Shown one piece after another: positions 24,721 through 36,299 of a DNA stretch of 64,000 nucleotides (its first letter is position 1; every line of letters starts with the position of its first letter). The position numbers and the translations under genes are program-made. The stretch is from Anthoceros angustus (Eukaryota > Plantae > Anthocerotophyta): NCBI GenBank assembly GCA_010909165.1, contig VJWM01000107.1, positions 744,001 to 808,000 of the forward strand. The letters run 5' to 3'. The notes beneath the pieces were generated by a model, which was given only the letters and a program-made list of their open reading frames with translations, was not told the DNA's origin and did no database searches.

Positions 24721-25899
24721 CAACCATACGTGCCCGCTCATCAATGACATCATGTCACTGCACCGGTCACGTAGCATGGATGACTCTTCTTCTTGCGGCA
24801 TCACCACCCCGTCGCGCCATCCATTATTCAAGACATTTGTACCAGTGATAAAGCAGAGATGGATGGCATGGCCGCCCATAATATATAACCAATTCTGTGG
24901 GGTCACGTACATATTCCGAGGTATGCGGGATGTGATCACCGATAATGGGAGTTTGGGAGAGAACAACATCACCGATCATCACACCACCAAGGCCAAGTCC
25001 GTGGTGGCTGCACCAAGGAGGGAGCATCTTGGGCTGCATGCGCTTTTGCGAGCCTCCAAAATTATGCGTGAGAAGGAAAGGATTCCGTGGTATGGCAATG
25101 GCATTTTAGGTCTTTAGTCTCGCCACCATGGGCAAATTACCGAGTGAGCATGCGTGTTTGGGTATCAATTCCTTGCACGGCAACTTGCAGTATTGGCAAG
25201 ACATTGGAGTGGTGTTCCAAGTGGCGGCAACCATGGATGCCTTGACTTGGATCTGGCGCCGGGTTGCCTTTGTACTCTATCTACGAGCTATGGGTTGTCG
25301 AGAAGGATACACGGGTCCCAAGGGCTGAAATTGGCTGCAGTTGACATAATCGTCACAAAGATACCTTGTTGGAGGCTCACGTCTTCGCTAAGGAGCGTAG
25401 CGTTGTGCAGCACTTCACCGCAGCTTTCAGCCACGACGCACCCACCCAACATTGAGCACATTCGAGAGGCAACGAGAACTTCCCTAAGGTAATGGATCGA
25501 ATCCTAACGGTGTACTACCGGAATGGGATGCGATTCGAGCATCTTGGATGCTTGTGACACACATGTGTTTGTCTCGCTTCAAAATGCGAACGCACCACAA
25601 GTTCATGCGGGCAAGGAATCCTTCCGCATCGGAAGAGCTTGGGGAATGGCATTTTCAACACCGATGGAGATGTGGAAGACGCGGAAGACAAGCTTGAGTT
25701 CTCTGTGCTGTGATTACGACAACGCGTTAGAGATTGTGCTCTGCAAGATTATTGCCCAAGCGGGAAAGGAGGAGGTTGTTGACATGCATGGTGAATGATG
25801 GTGTGGAGCATGTTGCACCGCCTTCTCAATGCTCGAATTTTGCGATGATTCGCAAGCCATTGCGGATCTCTTTGTGCGCATGACATTCGATTCCATTTG

Positions 25900-26090
25900 C
25901 AAAATCGGGCAACACCCTTAGACCTCCTCTTTCATGGGTCGTTCAATCAAAACTTGTGCATTTTCCCCACCAAATTTTGCATACATGTCCACCGTAGGTG
26001 CCCACCACTACATTCTCAAAGCCGAGCCCTTGCACCCATAAGGGCATTCCATGTCACCATATCCCCGACAAAGCAAGCAAGACTACAAAA
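25900..26090 (-). pseudogene. Second short PLS-PPR fragment
   Basis: The minus strand reads DMVTWNALM and, frameshifted, ENVVVGT(C)LVDMYAKFG..HKV. Confidence 0.55.
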
Positions 26091-27182
26091 GGTTAGGGAA
26101 TCACCACTAGTTGTCCATCATAGTGAAGACTAAACCGAGGGTTCTTTGAAATCAAGCTCATCCCCACTTGCCAATTAAGACGATCCATGTAACGTAGGGG
26201 TCGTTCAATAGTCCCCATCATAGCATATGATGGATGTAACCGAGAGAACCAGAGATTCTTTTAATCAAAGCTTATCCCCACTCGCCAAGACCACATCCAT
26301 GGTGCTCCCATTCCTCCATAAGATGATCCGACGAGGGCGCGATCGCCTCCCTGGAGTGTCCAAAATTTGTCACTTATTCTCCAAAACCCGGAAGGAGGAT
26401 TCGCACCGACTCCTCTCGAGGTACTTAGCGCCAATTTGAGTAGGCGGGACAACTTCCCTACATCAGGAACCCCAAGCCGAGATGGCGCCACTTGTTCGCA
26501 TGGCGATAAACGGGAGAGACTTGTATCACAACCATCTTGTGAAGCAAGACGGGCTATGTCCTCACCTTGTTTACTATGTGTCCTCAACAATGGTCCGAAG
26601 GCTCTGATTTCCGGGACAAGCCAAAGGCGGCCCCAGTACACGCTCGCTTGAGTGCACGCTTTACTCGGAACAAAGGGGGGTGTCCAGGAGAGAAATCATC
26701 AACGTTTGTCTTCTTTACTCTTTCCAGATCGCCGAGGCAACGCCAAGATCGATACCACACTCAAAGAAAAGAGATTGATTTGTGGCCCAATTCTAGTGCT
26801 ATCATCACCGCTACTAAGCAAGAGGTCGATCATCGAAATTGGCGCAGAACCACGTCATCGCAACAATCGGTCACTTTCTACCGTATGTAAACCCTTAAAC
26901 TCGAACGCCTTCCACGACGCTTGTACTCACCATAATTATAATTAAATAAGTGAAATATTTAAGACTTGGGATACTTTTTATACTTATAAGAAAAGCTTTA
27001 AAATATTTTTCAACCTATCAATTACCTATCTATCCTCCCCACTCTCCACTCCTTATCTATCCTCCCACCCTCTCCACTCCTTATCCTCTATCGCCTCCCC
27101 ACTCCTTATCCCTCTATCATCTCCCTTCCCCGCCTTCTCCTTTCCACATAACAAGTCTATTACTCCAACTCTACTATGTAAC

Positions 27183-30100
27183 TCATTGGTCATTATCGCT
27201 CACGCTATCATTGTCTTCATCATCCTCACCTATGATATCCGCATCCTCATCATCTTGACTCATGTTATCCTCGTCTTGAGCCTCACCTTGTACTATGCGT
27301 CTTCCACGTGCGCTTGTACCCACCACAATTTTCCATGCATTTTAGAATTCTCATACAAAAGACTTGCTCCACTTTCTCCGATACTAGTACAAATGGCTCA
27401 TCCTCCAACTTATCATTGGATAACATGACATCGTTAACCATGAACATACGAGATGTATCTGTTTTGATGGTCAGTGTGCTCTTTGTTCCATTGAGCCTTG
27501 AACCATCTCACCTTCAACACATTTACTTTTTAGACGGCCCTAAGTCCACCTCCAAAATCTTTTCCACCTTTCCAAAGATAGGGAAAAATGCTATAATAGG
27601 TTCGTGTCCCGATGTGAAACACATGCTTGGCTATATAGATGTTTTATAATGCTATCACATGTATTCTTTCCCTATCTGCATCTATAGTCCTTATATGATT
27701 TCCATATGCCCACATCATTTTATATGATCGCAGCTGAGAGAGGTCCTCGCACAATTGCCATCCAACCCATAGGTTTGTCTGCATTTCTTTCTTCGCTATA
27801 ACTTCATCTATCAACCATTCGCAAAAGTTGCTGCCCATACCGTCATACACTTTTCGCCATTTTTGAGTACACGCTGAGTTTTCCACTAACACTTTCCTCA
27901 TCTGCCATTTCCACATCATTCGGTCATAATTTTTGCCATTCCTTGCAATAACACCCACATTGGGTGACATCATCTTGATTTCCACACTCTTGGTGCCTCT
28001 TCATGTGTATTTCCAAAGAACTCGAGCTATAAAACATTATCTCTTGTGCTAAGTATCCTAAAGCCATGCTACCTTGTCGGGTCATCGAACAAGTCCCTTT
28101 AACACTTTCATGTGCCTTTCTAAGAAATACATCCATCGATATCGAGTTGGTCCACATAATTCAACCTCCCGCACAAGATGAACAACAACATGTACTTGAC
28201 TTGTCGAAAAGTCGTTGGAAATTCCCTCCAACACACACATGATCTCCACACTTTTCACCTTCATAGCTGGAATTTCATCCTTCGCAATTTCTTTTGAACA
28301 AAGCCACGAATAGCTCGGCAAGATCACATATAGCCTTGTGAACATCATGATGTATTAATCCTTTCAAGACAATTGGCCACAAATCCGTTAACAGATGGTG
28401 ATGATCATGAGACTTTAACCCTGAAATTCCCTATTCTCTCCCTTTAGAAAAACAACGCTTCAAATTTGACCCATACCCTGTAGGAGTACGTATGCTGCAA
28501 ATCCTTGTTCTCAATTTTTCCTCTGCATTAGCATACATTCGCCTCTTTTTGCTGCCATGTCCAAGAACCTGTGGTCGGGTGTCGTTATAAATGTCCGTCC
28601 CCTGGTTCGCCAGTTTTTATCCTTGCACCCCATTTACAATGTTTTGGCCTCTTTGTCTCCTTCCAACAGGCGATGGCCTCGCATGGGGCCACCAATCTTG
28701 TTTGGTATTTGAATACTCAAGATCTCTCGACTACCAAGGGAATCTTGATTCCCACATATGTGCCAAAATCATTGACTTACATTCTTTCCAATGTGCATGA
28801 TATCAAATAAGTGTCGATCAACAATATCGCAACCACCAAATAGCATGACTAAAAGTTAACCTTCATGAATAGCTATTAGTCTACCTACCGATGCTACCAA
28901 TAATATAATTAAAATATTCTTGAAAAGGGTAATACTTGCAAGACCCCATATGCATGCATACATACCTCCCAAGATGGAAGCTCCCAAAATTGAAGGCTCG
29001 TCGCTAGTAACACCCGTGGCTGCCTTCACCATTGTCTTTTGCATATTTCCGGTTAAAGCTTTCGATCATAATATCCTCCGGAGTTGGTGCATAGTCCGGA
29101 TGAATAATTTCCATCTCACCTTTCCATTGAATGAATCCCGCTCTTCCACTCTAAACTTGTGTTCCTCGGTAAAATTTTCTAAAATTCTTATCATACGTCA
29201 TTTTGTTTGTGAACATTGACTTTCTTGCTTCTAATTTGTCCCAACATATTGGACATGCCCGCTTCCCTTTTGTTTGCATTTTAGAAGTGAAAGAATATCC
29301 GGATAATCATGCATCGCCCACAACAATAAGGCCTTCAATTTAAATTGTCTTTGAGCATTTCCAATAGCCATAGAAGCATCTTGTACGACCACACCTTCCT
29401 CCCACAGTACCTTCAACTCTTCGATGAGTGGTTGAAATATATATCGCATCTTGACTTGGACCGGGAATAATCATTGACAACAATATATGCCCATTCTTGA
29501 TAGATAACCAAGGAGGCAATATAATTGATAAGAAGCACAGCCATATAGAATACCTAGAACTTTGGTGCCCAAAGGGATTAATCCCATCCGTAGCAAGTCC
29601 TAATCGAATGTTGCGCCTCCTTAGCAAACTCGGATAAGTGTTGTCCACATGTTCCCATGCATAGCTATCGATGGGACCCGCATAATCCCATCATTAGACT
29701 TATTTGTGGCGTGCCATGACATCATACTTGCTAGCTCCGGACATCTAAACATTTGTTTCAATCTAGGAATCAATGGAAAATATCAAGTAGCTTAACTGCA
29801 CACACTGCTTCTTCGTGTCAATTCGATACCTATGTTCCCACACATCTTGCGAATAGCAATTGAAAACTCGCTGTGAACAACATACAATCATCTTGACAAG
29901 CATGTATGGATGTATATGTTAGGCCAAACCCTTAAGCATCTTTTTAATTTCAGCCTACTTTTGGCAACTTGTTGCCAACTGGGAGGCCTAATTTGCCTAG
30001 TAATGATAAAATTGAATTCAAAGATGCATCCGACCAGCCATGCCTCCTTTGGATGTTCAATAACAATAAAATGAATGCCAATAAACTTATCTCGGCTCCA

Positions 30101-30303
30101 ACCCATAGAGGCGTAGTTCGGTGTGCATCGCCTTTAATTCCTCGTGCAAGGAATCGACTGTTCTTTAGTCATTTCGCGATGCGAAACCCCACCAAGTGCC
30201 TCCACCAACTCTATGGTCACTTGTTCGTCGGGATGAATGTTGACATGTTCTTCATCAACCTCAAAATGATCATCAACCTCAATAAAATCTTGTTCCTCTT
30301 CAA
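27183..30303 (-). mobile_element. CACTA TnpD/Tnp2 transposase core (Transposase_21, DUF4218 and DUF4216-like), frameshifted
   Basis: GLTY..IHACQDDCMLF..C..CGEHRY; RNIRLGLATDGINPF..ILPPWL..LSMIIPGP; FQPLIEELKVLWEEGV..LLWAMHDYP; VHVVVHLVREVELCGP..RWMYFLERHMKVLKGLVR; acidic C-terminus. CAG acceptor at 30306-30304. Confidence 0.95.
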
Positions 30304-30624
30304 CTGATTATTCAATCACACGCACAAAATAAATATCAAATAAGTATATAAAATATTGTAGTACTATATAGAAAAATTATATTATAATTTAATAACTTTA
30401 GTATAACCACTATTATTAAGGAAATATTGAACAACATGCAAAACTAAAAGGTTAAGAAGTCAAGTCGACAAGATATACTAATTGTTTTGTTGCGGATATA
30501 GTCAATATACACAAGGTACAAGACCCTCAACATCAACTCTTCTACATCCTACAACAAAAACTATTCCACATCCTCGCATCAACTTTGCCTTCAATTTCTT
30601 CCACTCCATCGTAATTTAATGTGT

Positions 30625-31339
30625 CTATGTACTCTTCCTCGGCCTTCCTTTTGGCTTCAAATGGTTCGGGTTATACCAATTGTAATCAACAAACAACTCT
30701 TCCCAGCATTAATGGTCCTCACCGCCCAAGTGCAAATCCAATCAAGATGGTCGTCACTTAGTAGCTCATGCCCATCCGACCTTTCTTCCCAAATGCAATT
30801 TTGCTTGATTGCGATATTTCCACTACTACTATTCATATATCCCGCCACATTCCCATATGCAACATGCCCATCGAGGTACTCAATTGGGCCATCATTAACA
30901 TCTTTACCGGAGTCTATTGAAAGTCAATGCATACCCGGAACTGGTAACTGTTGTAGTTCACTATCTTGTTATATTCTCCCTGTATACTTTGGACCCCAAA
31001 CACAAACAAAGGAACTCCATTCACATTATCTTTTCTCACTACGATTTTCTCCATGGAAAATAAACCCAACCCCATGGTCGGGTTTGTTGCCTCCTTCACT
31101 ATCCACCTTCGCCCCAATATAGAAATGACTTGTTAATAGGAATAGGTCCCTTCTCCACATTCCCCATTCTCTAGGGTACACGCCTTTCAAAAGATGCTTG
31201 TATAAAACAATAGCATCATGAGACTTTGGATCTTCCCCTCTTTTGGATGATAAGGAGGTGCAATAAAGGGTCCATGTCTGCCCTTTCCATCCAAAGGTTT
31301 TCCTACACCGCAAAGCCATGTGTCCACTCCTACGTTTTA
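30625..31339 (-). CDS. SET-domain (protein-lysine methyltransferase-like) exon with a C-terminal AT-hook-like motif, inside the CACTA transposase gene
   Basis: WIVKEATNPTMGLGLFSMEKI (GxGLF motif); EYLDGHVAYGNVAGYMNSS..NCIW (GNxAR(F/Y)xNHS-like); WAVRTINAG/EELFVDY with one -1 slip in a G run; then NWYNPNHLKPKGRPRKST* with the stop at 30627-30625. About four small frameshifts in total. Confidence 0.8.
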
Positions 31340-31595
31340 CTTGTTATAACATGCAAACAAACAAACTCCTTCCAACTATAAAAAAACAACCATAATTACA
31401 CATATGAATAATTAAACTACCTTTAATATAACAAGACAAACATACTTACCACAATTAGTATGCCACATCGTAATTATTCTATAGATAATATTATATAATT
31501 GCTTTATTATTGTATTTTCTAGCATAGAAGAAAAGGGCTCCATAATTACTTCATTAGTTTATTTCCTAGCATAGAAGAAAAGGATTGCAACTCAC

Positions 31596-31881
31596 GCTTG
31601 TGGCTACGGTGGTTCTCCTTGTTCGCTATTTCTTCTCCTCCTCCTCCTTCTCCTCGTCCTCCTTCTCCTCCTCGTTGTTCTTCTCCTCCTCGTCCTCCTT
31701 CTCCTCCTCGTTCTTCATCTCCTTGCGGTTCTCCACCGGGACTTCATTCTGGGAGGTAAGGTCCATTCTTGCGCAAATGTTTACGTACTTGGTTAGCTCA
31801 CGAACTCGCCTTGCACTCTTTGCACCAACATTTTGGAAAATATATTGGATATTTGGGCGCTTAAATCTACGAGCGATCCAT
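31596..31881 (-). CDS. First coding exon of the CACTA transposase (transposase-associated CxxC domain plus G/E-rich linker), degenerate
   Basis: ATG at 31881: MDRS*I..PKCWCKECK..VRKHLRKNGPY resembles MDRSWM..CPC..C..V..HL..G of CACTA N-termini. GTGAGT donor at 31595, phase 1. Confidence 0.7.
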
Positions 31882-32029
31882 AAGGACCTACCTCAACAAT
31901 GATCGTGGGTTAGCTTAAGCTCGACAACACTTGCCCCTCTTCACCGAGCACGTTGGAAAGTGCAGGCTACCTTCGATGAAGTGCTCCGGCCCTCGCTCCA
32001 ACCTCCGTGTCGAAATCCGGGCATAAATC

Positions 32030-32670
32030 GAGCCAATTCTAATCTAGAGCAATTCCATGCAACCGATAACGCGATACTCAAAACGCTTTACAAAGAGCAT
32101 AGACTGCAGCGGACTTGTAGCTATCTAGCATCCAGGATGGTCGATTTAGGTGTGCACCAGTTTTTATTGACCCTTGCTACTAGAAGGCCCTCGCCACGCA
32201 CGATGGAAGGCCCTTCTAGCTATGTAGTGGATGGTTAGTAGCTGGGACAAGAGAAAGGCCTCTTACGATCGGTGCTTATTAGGCGGTCAATCCAAATCGC
32301 TTTACAACACGAGGCGTTGCAAATCGGTTTGGGGCTCTCTTATCAACGCCTCTTATCAACGCACTCGCAGCAACATTTGCAACGCACTCGTAGCAGCCAA
32401 TTCTAATCATGAGCAATTGCATGCAACCGACAATACTCGGCGCTTTGCAAAGAGCACTGCTGCAGCGGACTTGTAGCTATCTAGCATCGCGCGGATGGTG
32501 CCGACCCTTGCTATGAGAAGGCCACGCCAATGGAAGGCGGCTTGGCCTCTTATCAACGCACTCGCAGCAACATTTGCAACGCCTCTTACAGTGCGGCGTC
32601 GGTCCAAAGCGCTAGCTAGCGTTACCGCTTTGGGCAATTTGCAAAGCATTCGTTGCAAAGCACCGTAGTA
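32030..32670 (-). repeat. Putative 5' subterminal repeats and degenerate terminus of the SET-bearing CACTA
   Basis: ~365-bp internal duplication (32030 and 32395) and TTGCAA(C/A)G motifs, ending in GCAAAGCACCGTAGTA at 32670. The reverse complement TACTACGG is CACTACGG with one transition, ~800 bp upstream of the ATG. Confidence 0.4.
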
Positions 32671-32789
32671 TGCTATTGATATAGCCTTAGCTTACTTAAG
32701 GCGCAAGCCTTTCCTTATTTCGTGGGACTCAAGATTGTGAAATGTGTGAGCAACTTTATATCAAAAGCTCGCATTTTTACATCACCCCG

Positions 32790-34170
32790 ATAGGCGATCG
32801 CCTTTGCCAACCTCGCATGACTTGGGTAGACTACGAAACCACATTTGTGATGAGTTCATTATCACTCGGATCCGGCTCCGGTCCGTATCGAGCATAGTCT
32901 TCACAAAAGCGTAAGGTGGCTCTCCTCCATTCGTGATGCCGATTAAAACCTTGAGCCCAAACAAAATCTACCTTGTTAGCATTTATCATGCAAAGAAATG
33001 ATCACTCAGACTTTTACACTTACGATAGAAGGAGATGATTAGGTTGGGCACAAGATCTATTTCTCCCGTCAAGTCGAGTCATCCGAGTTCCGCTTCTTCA
33101 CAAAAGTAAGCCCTTGGAGACCCCGGATCGAGAGTAGTACCAATCTGTGATGATAGCTCATCAAGGCGTGCTGGAAGCATGTGACCAAAAACAAGGACGA
33201 GTTCCATCCGGAAGGGTGGGACCCTTCTCTTTCTCCGAGGAAGGCTAGGAAGGACGAATGTTACACAACCCTTGTCACAAGGGTCAAAGTTTGCACACCA
33301 TGTGCATCACCTCCTCTTCATCACGCATCTCCTCCTCGACTGGGATCCACCTCCGGAAGGTCCTCGGCCGGCCAGTTGTCGGCCGCCATCACCTCCGGAT
33401 GGTTCTCGGCCACCGGCTCAGTTGTACCGCCATCGCTACTCAAAACGCACCCGGTCGCTTAACACAATCGGAGTTTACAACCGAGTTCACAATCGGTCGG
33501 ACTAACACAATCAAAGTGCATTTCACTTTGAGTCGCATAACCGCCGACTTGGGAACGGATCAGCTATAGAACTATAGTGTATGCACGAGTTCTACTGGAA
33601 ACAGAACAAAGTGACAGCCCCCAAGGAGCCCCTTACTCTCAAACTCCATGGCGTCAAAGAAACCATATGTGGGTCTTTCAACCGCCCTGCAGCATGAGAG
33701 TGGGTGGGCGGTGTCACGCGAACCTCGAAATGCTCGGTGCGATCGAGGATTGAACTCTCATTAGGTACCGCCTAGCCCGCTTGTCGATCGGCAACATCAA
33801 CAATCGGCATGATGATGAGTGCCAAGAAGACTTAAATTCTTTAGCAAGACTGCTTAAGGAGGGGCGAATCGAGGTTTTAAGACTCGGGCTCAAGTGGATG
33901 GCCGAGGAAGCATTGCCCCATTAGCCCTTATTCTATTCATTCCCACCGGATCTTTTACACATTAAAGGGGCACGAGTCCCAAGCAATAGCCTTGAAAGCA
34001 CCTAAGGGACAACATAGCTACGCTCCATACAATCCTCTATCCGCCATCAAAATATCTCCGAGGAGCACACTACGCCTCGTGCTCACCCGCTTGTCATATC
34101 TTGCCATTTTCATGCCAATGGTTTCTCAAAAGGAAGAAGCATTAAAGCTTTATTTGTAGGCTTGCATGGG
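32790..34170 (-). pseudogene. Unidentified intron-containing coding remnant; its 3' part is duplicated at ~35150-35585
   Basis: ..LPDGTRPCFWSHAS..DLVPNLIISFY|R FNRHHEWRRATLRFCEDYARYGP..IMNSSQMWFRSLPKSC. The intron runs 33023-32950, with GTAAGT donor, CTAAC branch site, AG acceptor and preserved phase. The family was not recognised. Confidence 0.4.
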
Positions 34171-34745
34171 TGTGGCGCGACTTTTGCCGATGGCCAGCGA
34201 CAATCCCGTGTCGCTGTAGGAAGAAGTCCGCTCCAAGGGAATGATAGGCCTGCACTGCTTCGTGTGATTCTACCGCCCTTAGCGCTGCTCGCCTCAACAC
34301 ACACACATACTCCTAACTACTCACAACGTTTCACCGTGACAGCGGTATGGCTAAACGCTTAAGGACCCGTCAGTCCAGACGTTTCATACATCCTCACGCA
34401 TCCTTCTTTCCTCTCTCCTCACGCTACACTCTTCGCCTTAGAAAAGACGCTGGTTACAGCCGACCTCCGCTGCTCCGCCGGCCTCCGTCCGGCTCTACAC
34501 GCCTCCCGAGTTCCTCCGGCTCACACGCTCCCTGCTCGGCCGGCCGCTCCGGACGAGCACGGTCACCGCCACCCTTCCCCGCACACACCACAACGCTGCT
34601 AAGTCCGCCACCGGACCTTGATCAATCTCCCGAGCCGTGGCTCGCCTGACTCAGACTCACGTTAGCAAGAAGACTCACAAAGGTCCGCAAGAACGCGCAT
34701 CAACACCAAGAGAAAGATGCTTTACTAGAGCTCACCCTCTTATCA
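34171..34745 (-). mobile_element. Athila-type LTR, copy 1 (about 30 bp missing at its right end)
   Basis: TGTGGCGCGACTTTTGCCGATGGCC at 34171 is homologous to 45421. It ends at CCCTCTTATC, where it joins the duplicated segment. Confidence 0.85.
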
Positions 34746-36208
34746 ACGCACTCGCAGCAACATTTGCAACGCACTCGCAGCCAATTCTAATCATGAGCAA
34801 TTGCATGCAACTCGACAATACTCAAAACGCTTTGCAAAGAGCACCGACCGCAACGGACTTGTAGCTATCTAGCATCGCGCGGATGGTGCCGACTATGAGA
34901 AGGCCCTCGCCACGCACAATGGAAGGCGGCTTGGCCTCTTACGATGTCGAAACATGAAAGCTGGCCTCTTACAAGTGCGTCCCAAAGCGCTAGAAGCGCA
35001 ATAGCTTTGGGCAATTTGCAAAGCATTCTAAAGCACCGTAGTATGCTATTGATATAGCCTTAGCTTACTTAAAGCCTTTCCTTATTATATGGGACTCAAG
35101 ATTGTGAAATGTGTGAGCAACTTTATATCAAAAGCTCGATGCCTTTACATCGATAGGCGATCGCCTTTGCCAACCTCGCATGACTTGGGTAGACTACGAA
35201 ACCACATTTGTGATGAGTTCATTATCACTCGATCCGCCCCGGTCCGTATCGAGCATAGTCTTCACAAAAGCGTAAGGTGGCTCCGTGTCTCCATTCGTGA
35301 TGCCGATTAAAACCTTGAGCCCAAACAAAAATCTACCTTGTTAGCATTTATCATGCAAAGAAAGATCACTCAGACTTTTACACTTACGATAGAAGGAGAT
35401 GATTAGGTTGGGCACAAGATCAGATTCCCCAGTCGAGTCATCCGAGTTCCGCTTCACAAAAGTAAGCCCTTGGAGACCGGATCGAGAGTAGTACCAATCT
35501 GTGATGATAGCTCTGCATCAAGGCGTGCGTGGAAGCATGTGACCAAAAACAAGGACGAGTTCCATCCGGAAGGGTGGGACCTTCTCAGGCGCGATTTCAC
35601 GATGGCCACCGGCGCGACAATCCCGTGTCGCTGTAGGAAGAAGTCCGCTCCCAAGGGAATGATAGGTTCGGCTATCACAAGCTTTCGTGATTCCTACTTA
35701 GCTAGCGCGCGCAATTTTCAACACACACACATACTCCTAACTACTCACAACGTTTCACCGTGACAGTCCTAGATGGCTAAAGGACCTGCTCATGTCCAGA
35801 TTGCCATACATCCGGCCCTCACACACCTGCCTTTCCTCTCCTTTCACACCACTCCTCGCCTTAGAAAAGACGCTGGTTACAGCCGACCTCCTCCGCTGCT
35901 CCGCCGGCCTCCGTCCGGCTCTACACGCCTCCCGAGTTCCTCCGGCCACACTGCTCCAAATGCTCGATGTCGCCGCCGCTGCTCCCGGACGAGCACCACC
36001 ATCACCCTTCCCCGCACACACCACAACGCTGCTAGGTCCGTCACCGGACCTTGATCAATCTCCCGGAGCTGCCGTGGCTCGCCTGACTCAGACTCACGTT
36101 AGCAAGAAGACTCACAAAGGTCCGCAAGAACGCCACCAAGAGAAAGATGCTTTACTTGGCGGTGCCCCTCAGCCCTCTTATGCGCGCCTCAAAAGGCTCT
36201 TTATTACA

Positions 36209-36219
36209 CCCCTATTCTC
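36209..36219 (-). promoter_or_regulatory. Polypurine tract of the Athila element (repeated at 45979-45987)
   Basis: Minus-strand GAGAATAGGGG immediately precedes TGTAATAAAGA, the LTR start. Confidence 0.7.
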
Positions 36220-36299
36220 GAAATGAGCAGCCCAGATACCCTAATCGGCCGCCTACCATCCTATTTCCCCCTATCTCCTTCGCCGATCAGGTCTGGAAG

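Larger units (their letters stand above)
32330..35585. repeat. ~850-900-bp segmental duplication: 32330-33225 and 34735-35585
   Basis: Both copies run from CTCTTATCAACGCACTCGCAGCAAC to CCGGAAGGGTGGGACCTTCTC and differ mainly by small indels. Confidence 0.9.
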
